Assembly: GCA_039799905.1 (NCBI GenBank)
Contig: JBDLRP010000011.1
Location: 1-39,230, forward strand
Source of the DNA: Pseudomonadota bacterium
GTDB taxonomy: Bacteria > Bdellovibrionota_B > Oligoflexia > Silvanigrellales > Silvanigrellaceae
DNA: 39,230 bases
Reading direction: 5' to 3'
Positions 8,294-17,703 of the stretch are shown here, piece by piece. The notes beneath the pieces are model-generated. The model had not been told where the DNA came from and did no database searches. It saw only the letters and a list, made by a program, of their open reading frames with translations. How positions within the stretch are numbered: the stretch's first letter is position 1; each line of letters opens with the position of its first letter. A program made the position numbers and the translations under genes.

Positions 8294-9757
8294 GTGTCGA
8301 ACAAAAACGGAGCGGCTGACAGTATGCAAACACAGCCAAAAAGCCAGGCTCCGGAAGCAAAACGGCCACGGGATGTGCGCAAGAGCGTGCTATCCGTGCG
8401 CTCGCTTTGCCGCGATTTTGTCCGCCCGAACGGGAACGTTGTGACAGTGCTTGAGGGCATCAACCTCGACGTCTACGACAACGAATTCCTTGCCGTGCTG
8501 GGAACCTCAGGCTCCGGAAAATCAACCCTCTTGCGCTGTATGGCGGGGCTGCTCAAGCCCACGCGCGGCAGCGTCTCGTTCGCCGAACCGGATACTCCCG
8601 ACGACCCGCTGCTGTCATTCGTGTTTCAATCGTTCGCATTGTTTCCTTGGTTAACGGTGCGGGAAAACATCGAAATGGCCGTGCGAAAGCTGCCCAAGCA
8701 CGAGCGCGATGCGCGTGTCGACGGAATTCTTGAACTCGTTGGATTGGGTGCCTATGACGGTGTCTATCCGCGCGAACTGAGCGGCGGAATGAAACAGCGC
8801 GTTTCATTGGCGCGAGCCATGGTCGACGAACCGATGGTGCTCTTCCTTGACGAACCGTTCAGTGCTCTTGATCCACTGACCAGCGAATCGCTGCGCGCCG
8901 AAATCGGTCGTCTGTGGATGCAGCCGGAACGAAAAATCCGCAGTTCCGTGTTCGTCACACACAGCCTCGACGAAGCCATGCAGCTTGCCGACCGCGTCGT
9001 CATTCTGCAGAGCAACCCCGGCATGATCTACAGGACCTTTGAAGTCAATCTGCCGCGCCCGCGCAATCCAAACTCTCCGGAATTCCGCAAACTCGAGGAC
9101 GAACTCGAACGGGTATTCGGCGAGCTGCAGCTCGGCCGCATGCTGTCGGAACATGAAGAAGAGCACCACTCACCACATTCCGAGACATCCGCCCCGTCCT
9201 TGGCGCCCTCCGCCTCGAGCGCACCGAAGTCAAAGCCCAGCCAAAGTGCGAATGCTTCGGGCAATGGCGAAAGACCACGGCGTGTCAAGCCGCTCATCAA
9301 CACGAGCCTTGTCTTGGTGGAGGGTTTGCTCACTCGTTTGGCAGAAGAGGAAATCGGCATGGATCTGTACGACCTGGCCGACGACATGGGCCAAGCCGTC
9401 GACCACGTACTTCCCGCGGTCGCATCGGGTGAACTCCTTGGTTTGCTTTATACTCCGGGAACTCGCCTGATATTGACCGAGACCGGACGAAAATTCGCGC
9501 AGGAGCAAGATCCGCTGCTCAGACGGGCAATTTTGCGTGACGCTTGCTTGAATCTTCCACTGGTTGCATCCATTTACGAGCTTGTTAAAGGAACAGACGG
9601 TCAAGGATTGGAAAAGAGCATCGCGCTTGAACAGATTGTCATGATGCTGCCCTTTGAAGAACCCGACAACCAATTCGATGCGATGCTCAAATGGTGCCGG
9701 CATGTGAACCTGATGAGCTACGAGGCGTCGAAAGCGTGCTTGTATGCCGAAGATTGA
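8294..9757 (+). CDS. ABC transporter ATP-binding protein, NitT/TauT family, with a C-terminal associated domain
   Basis: Walker A GTSGSGKS, signature LSGGMKQR, Walker B LFLDEPFSALD, VTHS. An extra C-terminal domain follows a low-complexity linker. Start is GTG 8294 or ATG 8324. Confidence 0.92.
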   Translation: MSNKNGAADSMQTQPKSQAPEAKRPRDVRKSVLSVRSLCRDFVRPNGNVVTVLEGINLDVYDNEFLAVLGTSGSGKSTLLRCMAGLLKPTRGSVSFAEPDTPDDPLLSFVFQSFALFPWLTVRENIEMAVRKLPKHERDARVDGILELVGLGAYDGVYPRELSGGMKQRVSLARAMVDEPMVLFLDEPFSALDPLTSESLRAEIGRLWMQPERKIRSSVFVTHSLDEAMQLADRVVILQSNPGMIYRTFEVNLPRPRNPNSPEFRKLEDELERVFGELQLGRMLSEHEEEHHSPHSETSAPSLAPSASSAPKSKPSQSANASGNGERPRRVKPLINTSLVLVEGLLTRLAEEEIGMDLYDLADDMGQAVDHVLPAVASGELLGLLYTPGTRLILTETGRKFAQEQDPLLRRAILRDACLNLPLVASIYELVKGTDGQGLEKSIALEQIVMMLPFEEPDNQFDAMLKWCRHVNLMSYEASKACLYAED

Positions 9758-9849
9758 ATGACTTTTGAATCACTCCGTTATTTGAAGAACGGCGGAGAAA
9801 CGAGAACAGACCAAACCGCAGCCCACGGTTGAAACGGGCGGAGGACGAA

Positions 9850-12726
9850 ATGGTAAGCGAGAATTTTTCGGCCATCTTTCAGGCAAACGCTGCTTTTGTG
9901 GAAGAGATGTTCCTCAAATACAGCGAAAACCCGATGTCCGTCAGCGAAGGATGGCGCGCTTACTTCGAAGGATTCCACGAAGGTTTCGAAACTGCCGTGA
10001 AACTGCAGCCCGAGGCAACACACCTCAACGGCAACGGTCATGCCAACGGCAACGGCCATGCGCATGAGTACACAAACGGCGCTGTGGGTACAGCGGTGCC
10101 GGCCGACCAACTCACCTTCGAAAACAATGTCGCACAGCTCGTTCAGGCATATTGCACGTTCGGCCACTTGCAGGCCAACCTCAACCCACTCGGAATCGAA
10201 CCGGCGGCACATCCGACGTTGGCAGTAGAAACCTACGGACTCGGTTCGGGTGATTTGTCGCGCACAACGGCTGCCGGCGTACCCGCAGGAATTCCCCCCT
10301 GCTCTTTCGGCGATTTATTGGCAGCTCTGACGCGCAGATTTTGCGGAACCATTGGGGTGGAAGTCAGCCACATCGCCAATCCGACCGAACGTCAATTCGT
10401 TTATTCGGCTCTGGATAAACTCTCGCAACCAGCCGACTCACGCACGCAGCTTGCACTCTACACAGAGCTTGCCCGTGCGGATGCTCTGGAAAAAACCATT
10501 GCCACTAAATTTATCGGAAAAAAGCGTTTCTCTATTGAAGGCGCCGATGCGCAAATTCCTGCTCTCGAAACAGTCTTCGATGTGGGTGCGCAACTGGGGG
10601 CAAAAGAATTCGCGGTCGGCATGGCACACCGTGGACGTCTCAATATTCTCGTTAACAGCATTCACAAACCTGTCGAACAGCTGTTCGCAGAATTCGAAGG
10701 ATATCCGCACGACGGCCTGCGCGGCGACGGCGACGTCAAATACCATGGCGGACACGAAACTGAGCGCACGTCGCGCAGCGGTCTGCCGATCCGCGTGTCG
10801 CTGTCATTCAATCCGAGTCACCTTGAGTTTGTCGACTGCATCGTGATGGGTGAAGCGCGCGCCAAACAAATGAAGCATCACGGCGGCGACAAACAGGCCG
10901 TCATTCCAGTCGTGCTTCATGGCGATGCCGCCTTCGCAGGCCAAGGGGTTGTCTATGAAACCCTTCAAATGATGAACCTCGACGGCTACTCCGTCGGTGG
11001 AACCATCCATATCATCGCAAACAATCAAGTCGGATTTACCACCAATCCCAAAGACGGACGCTCGGGTCTTACGGTCGCCGACATTGGCAAAACTGTGCAG
11101 GCACCCGTTTTCCATGTGAACGGCGACGACATTGACGCCGTCTATGGCGTAATGAAGCTCGCAACAGAATACCGCCAGCGCTTCAACAAAGACGTGATTA
11201 TTGAAATTGTCTGTTTCCGCAGACACGGTCACAACGAAACCGACGAACCCCGCTTCACGCAGCCTGTGCTCTACAAGCGGGTCGACGCCAAGGCATCGCC
11301 CTATGAATTGTATGCTCAGGCACTTGCTCAACGCGGGCTCGGAAATGAATTTACGACTGAGGCGCTGCAGAATGTTTACAATGACATTAAAGCAGGCATG
11401 AATGCTGCCTATGACAGCGTGCGCAACGAACACATCATGCTTGAGCAAAATGCACCGCACCGTGGTTTTGCCGAACTGCGCAGGTTTGTCACGGCAGAAG
11501 AAATGCTCAAGCCCGCCACTACCAAAGTGGATGGCGAGACGCTGCGTGAACTTGCGCGCAAACTGATCAACGTTCCCGAAGGCTTTACTCCCAATGCCAA
11601 ACTCGCGCGCATTATTCTGGGCGAACGCCGCGACATGGCGGATGGCAAAAAACGCATCGACTGGGGCATGGGGGAACTGCTCGCGTATGCAACCTTGCTC
11701 AACGAAGGCTACAGCGTACGCCTTGCCGGACAAGATGCCCGCCGCGGTACGTTCAGCCACCGCCACGGCACGCTGAGCGATGCCGAGACCGGAAGACACT
11801 TTACCTCTCTGCAAAACTGCCTGCGCGACGATGCGCGGGTCGAAATCTGGGATAGCCTTTTGTCTGAAACTGCCGCGATGGGCTTTGAATATGGATACGC
11901 GACCCAGCACAGCAAGGCGCTCGTGCTGTGGGAAGCTCAGTTTGGCGACTTTGCCAACGGCGCGCAGGTGATTATCGATCAATTCATCGCATCGGGAGAA
12001 AGCAAATGGGGCCAGTCACAGGGTCTTGTGCTGCTTTTGCCGCATGGATACGAAGGACAAGGACCGGAACACTCAAGTGCGCGCGCCGAACGCTTTCTTC
12101 AACTTGCAGCTCAAGGCAACATGCAGGTGTGCTACTTCAGCAACGTCGGGCAACTCTTCCACGCATTACGCCGTCAGGTCTTGCGTGACTTCCGCAAGCC
12201 GCTGGTGGTCATGACGCCCAAGAGCTTCCTGCGCAATCCACGTGCGACGACAAGTTTCGAGGAACTGGCAACAGGTCGTTTTGAGGAAGTCCTTCTTGAT
12301 CCGCGTTCCGAACTCGCGCCCGATAAGGTTACCCGTGTGCTTTTCTGTACCGGCAAGATGGCGCATGACCTGCTCGACAGCGCCGAAAAGCCAGAATTCA
12401 AAACATCCGCGCAAACGACTGCAGTGGTAAGAATCGAGCAGCTCGCGCCATTCCCCTCTCAGGCTGTTGAAGCGGCGCTCAAGAAGTATCCCAAGGCAAA
12501 GTCGGTTTTCTGGATTCAGGAAGAACCGCAGAACATGGGAGCAGCTACTTTTGTCATGCCCAAGATCCAGAAAGTGCTTGGAAAAATGTCGCACAAAGCG
12601 CAGCTTGAGTACTTCGGACGCAGCGAACGGGCGAGTCCAGCTGTTGGACTTGAGAAACTGCATCTGAAGGAGCAGGAAGCACTCATCAACGCAGCCTGGA
12701 CAAGTTCGGAAGGGCGTGAATTCTAA
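9850..12726 (+). CDS. sucA: 2-oxoglutarate dehydrogenase E1
   Basis: KRFSIEG, GMAHRGRLN, GDVKYH, NPSHLE, HGDAAFAGQG, RRHGHNE, WEAQFGDFANGAQ and PHGYEGQGPEHSSAR. ATG 9850 follows GGAGGA. Confidence 0.97.
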   Translation: MVSENFSAIFQANAAFVEEMFLKYSENPMSVSEGWRAYFEGFHEGFETAVKLQPEATHLNGNGHANGNGHAHEYTNGAVGTAVPADQLTFENNVAQLVQAYCTFGHLQANLNPLGIEPAAHPTLAVETYGLGSGDLSRTTAAGVPAGIPPCSFGDLLAALTRRFCGTIGVEVSHIANPTERQFVYSALDKLSQPADSRTQLALYTELARADALEKTIATKFIGKKRFSIEGADAQIPALETVFDVGAQLGAKEFAVGMAHRGRLNILVNSIHKPVEQLFAEFEGYPHDGLRGDGDVKYHGGHETERTSRSGLPIRVSLSFNPSHLEFVDCIVMGEARAKQMKHHGGDKQAVIPVVLHGDAAFAGQGVVYETLQMMNLDGYSVGGTIHIIANNQVGFTTNPKDGRSGLTVADIGKTVQAPVFHVNGDDIDAVYGVMKLATEYRQRFNKDVIIEIVCFRRHGHNETDEPRFTQPVLYKRVDAKASPYELYAQALAQRGLGNEFTTEALQNVYNDIKAGMNAAYDSVRNEHIMLEQNAPHRGFAELRRFVTAEEMLKPATTKVDGETLRELARKLINVPEGFTPNAKLARIILGERRDMADGKKRIDWGMGELLAYATLLNEGYSVRLAGQDARRGTFSHRHGTLSDAETGRHFTSLQNCLRDDARVEIWDSLLSETAAMGFEYGYATQHSKALVLWEAQFGDFANGAQVIIDQFIASGESKWGQSQGLVLLLPHGYEGQGPEHSSARAERFLQLAAQGNMQVCYFSNVGQLFHALRRQVLRDFRKPLVVMTPKSFLRNPRATTSFEELATGRFEEVLLDPRSELAPDKVTRVLFCTGKMAHDLLDSAEKPEFKTSAQTTAVVRIEQLAPFPSQAVEAALKKYPKAKSVFWIQEEPQNMGAATFVMPKIQKVLGKMSHKAQLEYFGRSERASPAVGLEKLHLKEQEALINAAWTSSEGREF

Positions 12727-12939
12727 GAGAAGCTGCCTATCACGCCGAATTGTTTAATTATTTGAGAAAACACAGCCTAAATTGTACGAACGATGCCCGC
12801 TGCTTTGCACGGGCATTCTTTCTTGTTCGGAAGAATTAGCAGCCGAACGTTGCCGGCTGGCCGGCCGTCTGCAAAAGAAACTATCAGAAATCAAATTTGC
12901 TCTGCGTTGCATTCCTCCACGACACCCGAGGTATCAGCC

Positions 12940-13677
12940 ATGCTTACACCTGCCCGAACTGAACAAACCGAGGCACCGAACTTCCGCTGTGTTTCGGACA
13001 ACGTTGCTTTCGTCATGCTGAGCGAAGTGTTGCGTGCGCGCAGCTTTGAGCTCACGGAACAACTCAGACAGCCGAGCCCCGATCTTGGCGTCGCCCGCAG
13101 GCTGGCGCTGAATATGCATTTGTCGACAGACAACCTTGTGCAGGACGCCGGTCTGGTGAGCCGGGCAAACGATCGGAGCCTTTATGAGAACCAAACGGCC
13201 GAACCGGCATCGCTGTCGTCGGTGATTGATTTGTGTTGCATTGCCGCCCGACATCGGCTGCGGGAAATGAACATTAGTCTCAACGTTCATTTCCCGCAGC
13301 CGAGTGAAATTTTTCTCAGTGGAAATCCGTGGGAGCTAGCATACGCATTCTTTTTTGCGATCGTCCGCAGCGGCCGATATCTTGCGAGAACAGCAGCAGC
13401 CAGCGAGGAAAGCCGCGATGTGTTGCTCAGCGTCAGACACGAGGCCCAGTTTGCCGATGTGAGTATTTCATCGCCAGTTCCACTGAGCCAATTCAACGAC
13501 AGTTGCAATTCAAACTGCAAACCGACGTCAGCCATCGACGACGCAGAGTGGTGCTGCCTGCAAAAGCTCTGCATCAAAAATGATGTGCACGTTTCTGTGC
13601 AGCAGGGCGAATCGACGCAGACCGGGGCTTTCAACACGGTCTTCAGGCTGGCGACTTTTTCCGCCGGACACGAGTGA
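12940..13677 (+). CDS. Hypothetical protein, possibly a degenerate histidine-kinase-like (HATPase) fold
   Basis: ATG 12940 follows GAGGT. LSSVIDLCC...RHRLREMNISLNV...IFLSGNPWELAYAF resembles the region before the N-box of HATPase_c, but the N and G boxes are absent. Confidence 0.55.
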   Translation: MLTPARTEQTEAPNFRCVSDNVAFVMLSEVLRARSFELTEQLRQPSPDLGVARRLALNMHLSTDNLVQDAGLVSRANDRSLYENQTAEPASLSSVIDLCCIAARHRLREMNISLNVHFPQPSEIFLSGNPWELAYAFFFAIVRSGRYLARTAAASEESRDVLLSVRHEAQFADVSISSPVPLSQFNDSCNSNCKPTSAIDDAEWCCLQKLCIKNDVHVSVQQGESTQTGAFNTVFRLATFSAGHE

Positions 13678-13682
13678 ATGTT

Positions 13683-14732
13683 TCAGCGAATCCTTGAATT
13701 CGTCTGCGCTGCATTGATCATCTCGTCCCAAGCCTCAAGTGACTGCGGATCGCCCTGAAATTTGCGCCCGTTGACAAACACAGTCGGAGTTCCGGACACT
13801 CCAACCCGCTCACCCTCGCGCATGTCAGCATCGATGAGCTTTGCAGTCGCGTCATCACTCCTGCATTTATCAAATTGAGCCACATTCAGACTCAGTGTCT
13901 TCGCCATCTGTGAAAATATTTTTTCTTCCGCGAGTTTTTCCTGCGCCTCAAAGACCCAGCTCTTTGCCTCGCTCAACTTGCCCTGCACAGAAGCACAATA
14001 TACAGCTGCCGCCGCATCACGGGCCTGCTTGTGAAAACTGAGCGGGTAATGCCGCACTTCCCAGACAATCTGCCTGCCGTATTTTTTCAACACGGTCGAA
14101 CTGACGTTCGACATCTTCTTACAGTAAGGACATTGAAAATCAGTGAATTCGACAACACGGATTGAATTTTTCGGATCGCCAAGAACGGCCTGCGCGCTGC
14201 GGGCGATTTCAACAAGCGGAGCTTCCGGTTTGTTCAGCGCAATATTTATCTCACCCTTTTCAATTGCCTTGTCGGTAACCTCAGTGAGAAACTTCATGCG
14301 CTTTTGTGAAGCCAGATAGCGGGCAATCACTTTTCCACGCTCTGCTGCAGGCAGCTGCTGCAACTGACGCTCGTCTTTGAAAGTCTCGAGCGCCTTGTCA
14401 ATTTCGCTGCTGGCCGGCTCGAAGGACAACTTCAGCCACTTTTCTTCCGCGGCAAAAGGATTGTCCTTGCTGTTGAGCGATGAAAACGGAGCGGATTTAA
14501 GCTCGACAAAGCGCTGTCTAGCCAGCCCCTCGATCGCACGATAGCGGCTCAGTTCGATTTCATACAAACGATTTTGTTCTGCCGGCGCAACATCCTTCAG
14601 AGAGAACTGTCGTCCGTCGATCTGAAAAAGCAGATCAGTCTGCTGTTTGTCGGATGCATGCGAACGCGAAGTCAAAAACACTGAAACTAAAGGCAACGAG
14701 AGTACAAAAACCCTCTGCAAAGCATAAACCAT
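13683..14732 (-). CDS. DsbA-family thioredoxin-domain protein (exported)
   Basis: Signal peptide, VEFTDFQCPYC, RHYPLSFH and GVSGTPTVFVNG. ATG 14732 follows AGGAGGAG. Confidence 0.92.
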   Translation of the reverse strand: MVYALQRVFVLSLPLVSVFLTSRSHASDKQQTDLLFQIDGRQFSLKDVAPAEQNRLYEIELSRYRAIEGLARQRFVELKSAPFSSLNSKDNPFAAEEKWLKLSFEPASSEIDKALETFKDERQLQQLPAAERGKVIARYLASQKRMKFLTEVTDKAIEKGEINIALNKPEAPLVEIARSAQAVLGDPKNSIRVVEFTDFQCPYCKKMSNVSSTVLKKYGRQIVWEVRHYPLSFHKQARDAAAAVYCASVQGKLSEAKSWVFEAQEKLAEEKIFSQMAKTLSLNVAQFDKCRSDDATAKLIDADMREGERVGVSGTPTVFVNGRKFQGDPQSLEAWDEMINAAQTNSRIR

Positions 14733-14838
14733 GGAGCTCCTCCGCCTGTGTGTGGAGTGCCCATTAAAAATCATTCCGCAAGATTGACAAGAGGCGAATC
14801 GCGCAAAAACGTGAGATTCTGATCAAACAGCTGGCAGA

Positions 14839-15315
14839 CTACTCCGCGTTCCCGCGCGGACGCGTGCGGGATTGTCCGCGCGCGATGCGCTTGAGAAAAT
14901 AACTCTGCCGGACAGAAAGCTCAGTCCGCTCGGCTTCAAAAGTTAGCAGACGGGCACGCGAAATCCCGAGCACCACTCCGGTCAAGAATCCAAAGACAAG
15001 AGCCACTGCAGCCAAAGCAATAAGCACTGGCATGACAAATTCCTGCGACTCGACAGACAGCACATTTGTGAACCATTCGGGCTTCAGCCGATACAGCCGC
15101 TTGACGACAACTGCGACAAGCGCAAAAGGCGCCGCAAAAACCAAAGACGAAAAAAGTGGATACGTCAGCAAAACCCAGCGTGCGGCCCTGCGCCACGAAA
15201 CGACCCGACGGAAGTGTTCAACATAATTTTTCTTCATGTAACGTTGAAACGGTGTTTCGACGATCTTGCCTACCTGTGACTTCTGCGGTCTCTGCGACTT
15301 CGTCTTTTCCGCCAT
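14839..15315 (-). CDS. Hypothetical membrane protein (two TM segments)
   Basis: Two hydrophobic spans flanked by basic residues. Start placed at MAEKTK (15315) to avoid overlap with the upstream gene. Confidence 0.65.
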   Translation of the reverse strand: MAEKTKSQRPQKSQVGKIVETPFQRYMKKNYVEHFRRVVSWRRAARWVLLTYPLFSSLVFAAPFALVAVVVKRLYRLKPEWFTNVLSVESQEFVMPVLIALAAVALVFGFLTGVVLGISRARLLTFEAERTELSVRQSYFLKRIARGQSRTRPRGNAE

Positions 15316-15461
15316 GCTCGGGCGCGGCTTTTCGGAGATGCGCGATTCAAATTCACGATCAGAATAATGTTCACGTGCCACAATCGTATTCCCCGCCGAT
15401 TTCGCATTGTAAATCCAGCGCCCAGCATACGCCGGCCCGACTGCCGACGCCAGCGTGAGCG

Positions 15462-16883
15462 TCAGGCGGGCCGGATGTCGCCTCCCGAACTGCGCCTTGT
15501 ATAATAACCGCGTGCGGCGCGATCGCGCTCGATTGTTTCTTTGTTGACTGTGTCGATCTTGCTCATCACAGCCTCGCTCATTCCTCGCCATTCACCAATC
15601 ACTTCACGCCATCCACGCGGAAAAAACAAACGCAGTTTGGCCAGTCGCCAGTAACCCGGAAAATAATTCCCATGCTCGGTGGAAAGCAATCCGAGAAACA
15701 AAATCATAGGTCCCGACAGAAGTCCCACCGTCAACGCCAACGTTGAATTGAGATCGGGCCAGATGGCTAGGAGAATTTTTTGAACGCTCAGAGTTCCAAG
15801 ACAGATCCAAATCAAGAAAACATACAGTCCATGGCCGATTTTCATGGTTGCTAGCACATCCCTGTCGCGAGTGCTGATGTCGGCAAGAAATCCGGCAAGC
15901 CGCTGCGGAATGAACCAGACCAGCATACTGAGGTACTCGATTGGCGCTGCAATAAGCCAGTAGAATATCCCTTGGGTCAGAATCATTTTGAAGAATGAAC
16001 GCTTCTGTTCATGCGCCTCGCCCCAGACAATCTGGGAGGGTGAAATATTCATGGCCAGCAGCATGCGGCGCATCGTCTGAATGCGTGCGAGGAAAACCGG
16101 ATCCCTGTTGAATTCCGGACGGTATGTATCGACAAAGAGACGAAACTCACGCGCACTTTGCGGCGCACGGCCGTATGCAATTTCAAACAAAAAGAGCCAG
16201 TTTCTTTTTTCGTCCCAGCTGGAGAACTGTGCCAAGGCTTCAAGCAGAGAGCCCTCGAGCGCCGTCATGAGGTCTTCAACCGAAGACTCACTGCTGGTCA
16301 CTGCAATCGGTTCACAATAGTGAATGGAAATATCCGACCGGTATTCATCCTTTTCAAAATAATCGATCGCGACCGGCTGAAGGACCACTCCGAAATCTGT
16401 GGTTTTTGCATGTGCCATTGCCTGCAGGGCCATGCGCGCAATGCCTGTTTTGAGTTTCTGCAAATACGGTGCGTCGTGGCTCACACCTTCGGGAAAAATT
16501 AGAATTCTGTCGCCTGCAAGCAACGCATCGGCGACCGACTGAAAAGCCTCACTATTGGCACTGGCCCGCCATTCCTTCTCGCTGACCCCACGCTCCAACG
16601 CCTGCTTGTGGGCTAAGGCCTCTATCATCATGTCCTGCGTCCGGCGCACCGGAATTGCATTTGCAAGCGTCAACAATGGACGCATGACCGGGTGGCTGAA
16701 CAGGGTATGCTTCGAGATCGGGCGTAAAGGAACAGGCGCGATGCCGAATAAAACCGCAGGATCGACGATTCCGCTTTGATGGTTTGAAGCCCAAATCGCG
16801 CTCGGACCGATGTAGGGAGTGCCGGAGACGGAGATTCTCCGAAAAAAAATGCGACAAACCAAATAAGCAATAACTCTCAGCAT
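15462..16883 (-). CDS. Glycerophospholipid acyltransferase (PlsC/LPLAT superfamily) with C-terminal TM segments
   Basis: NHQSGIVD (HX4D), IPVRR and IFPEGVSH...KTGIARMAL. Confidence 0.9.
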   Translation of the reverse strand: MLRVIAYLVCRIFFRRISVSGTPYIGPSAIWASNHQSGIVDPAVLFGIAPVPLRPISKHTLFSHPVMRPLLTLANAIPVRRTQDMMIEALAHKQALERGVSEKEWRASANSEAFQSVADALLAGDRILIFPEGVSHDAPYLQKLKTGIARMALQAMAHAKTTDFGVVLQPVAIDYFEKDEYRSDISIHYCEPIAVTSSESSVEDLMTALEGSLLEALAQFSSWDEKRNWLFLFEIAYGRAPQSAREFRLFVDTYRPEFNRDPVFLARIQTMRRMLLAMNISPSQIVWGEAHEQKRSFFKMILTQGIFYWLIAAPIEYLSMLVWFIPQRLAGFLADISTRDRDVLATMKIGHGLYVFLIWICLGTLSVQKILLAIWPDLNSTLALTVGLLSGPMILFLGLLSTEHGNYFPGYWRLAKLRLFFPRGWREVIGEWRGMSEAVMSKIDTVNKETIERDRAARGYYTRRSSGGDIRPA

Positions 16884-17007
16884 GCCGGCTCCGATGTTTT
16901 GTTCTCCTCTGAATTTATCGTAATATGGGCCTTCACTGCAGTTAGGCTGTCAAAGCTTCCCACTGCAACCGAGAATCCGCCCGCTGTCATCGAAAGGGAG
17001 AGCCATT

Positions 17008-17703
17008 TTGCCGCAGGATAAAGTGTCAAACGTCCTCCGCTGGACACAATCCGGCGTCGAAAAGCAAATCACAATCCCGCTGGAAGGCATCGTGCGGCAG
17101 AGTTCCGCAACCCCCAAGCGGGTCATCTTTGCCTTGCACGGCTTTGGCGACAATGCGGCCAACTTCTCCGAGCTCACCAAAGAGCTGCCACTCGCAGATA
17201 CACTCTGGATTATGCTGCAGGCACCGGAAAATCTGCCTTTCGCCGGCGACGGTGGGCAGTGGTACGAGCTGTTCGGCAATCCGCATCCCCAGCTCCGCTC
17301 CTCATGCGACAAAATCCAAAAAACAATTCATCTCTTGCAAGCTACCGGCAACTTTGACTGGACAAATATTTTGCTTTTTGGGTTTTCACAAGGAGCTTTT
17401 GTTTCTTTATACACAGGAATCACCTTTCCTCACGAACTCGGTGGAGTTGTTGCTCTGAGCGGATATCTCGGACAAGCACACCGCCTCAGGCTTCCCGACG
17501 AACGAAGGAACAAGCTGCCGGTTTTTCTCGCACACGGACTGAGCGATCAGGTCGTCTTTCCAGCACAGCACTACGAAACTCTCGACATCTTGAACCACCT
17601 CGGATTCACTCAGGTCACCGCCAAAACTTACCGCGGCGTTGCGCACAGCCTGTGCGCAGAAGAGCTTTTTGACATTCGTTCATTCATCGAGGGAATCTCT
17701 TGA
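17008..17703 (+). CDS. Phospholipase/carboxylesterase (alpha/beta hydrolase)
   Basis: LHGFGD, GFSQG nucleophile elbow, LSGYL, AHGLSDQVV and His in VAHSL. Confidence 0.9.
   Translation: MPQDKVSNVLRWTQSGVEKQITIPLEGIVRQSSATPKRVIFALHGFGDNAANFSELTKELPLADTLWIMLQAPENLPFAGDGGQWYELFGNPHPQLRSSCDKIQKTIHLLQATGNFDWTNILLFGFSQGAFVSLYTGITFPHELGGVVALSGYLGQAHRLRLPDERRNKLPVFLAHGLSDQVVFPAQHYETLDILNHLGFTQVTAKTYRGVAHSLCAEELFDIRSFIEGIS

Noticed and set aside
10027..10062. 18-bp tandem repeat encoding NGNGHA twice in sucA
   Set aside because: In-frame low-complexity sequence in the variable N-terminal linker; no sign of phase variation.
10804..11982. 392-aa minus-strand ORF
   Set aside because: Antisense shadow of sucA.
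15432..15474. GC-rich hairpin (ccggcccg...cgggccgg) at the end of the acyltransferase gene
   Set aside because: No U-tract and only one copy seen; cannot be called a terminator or REP element.
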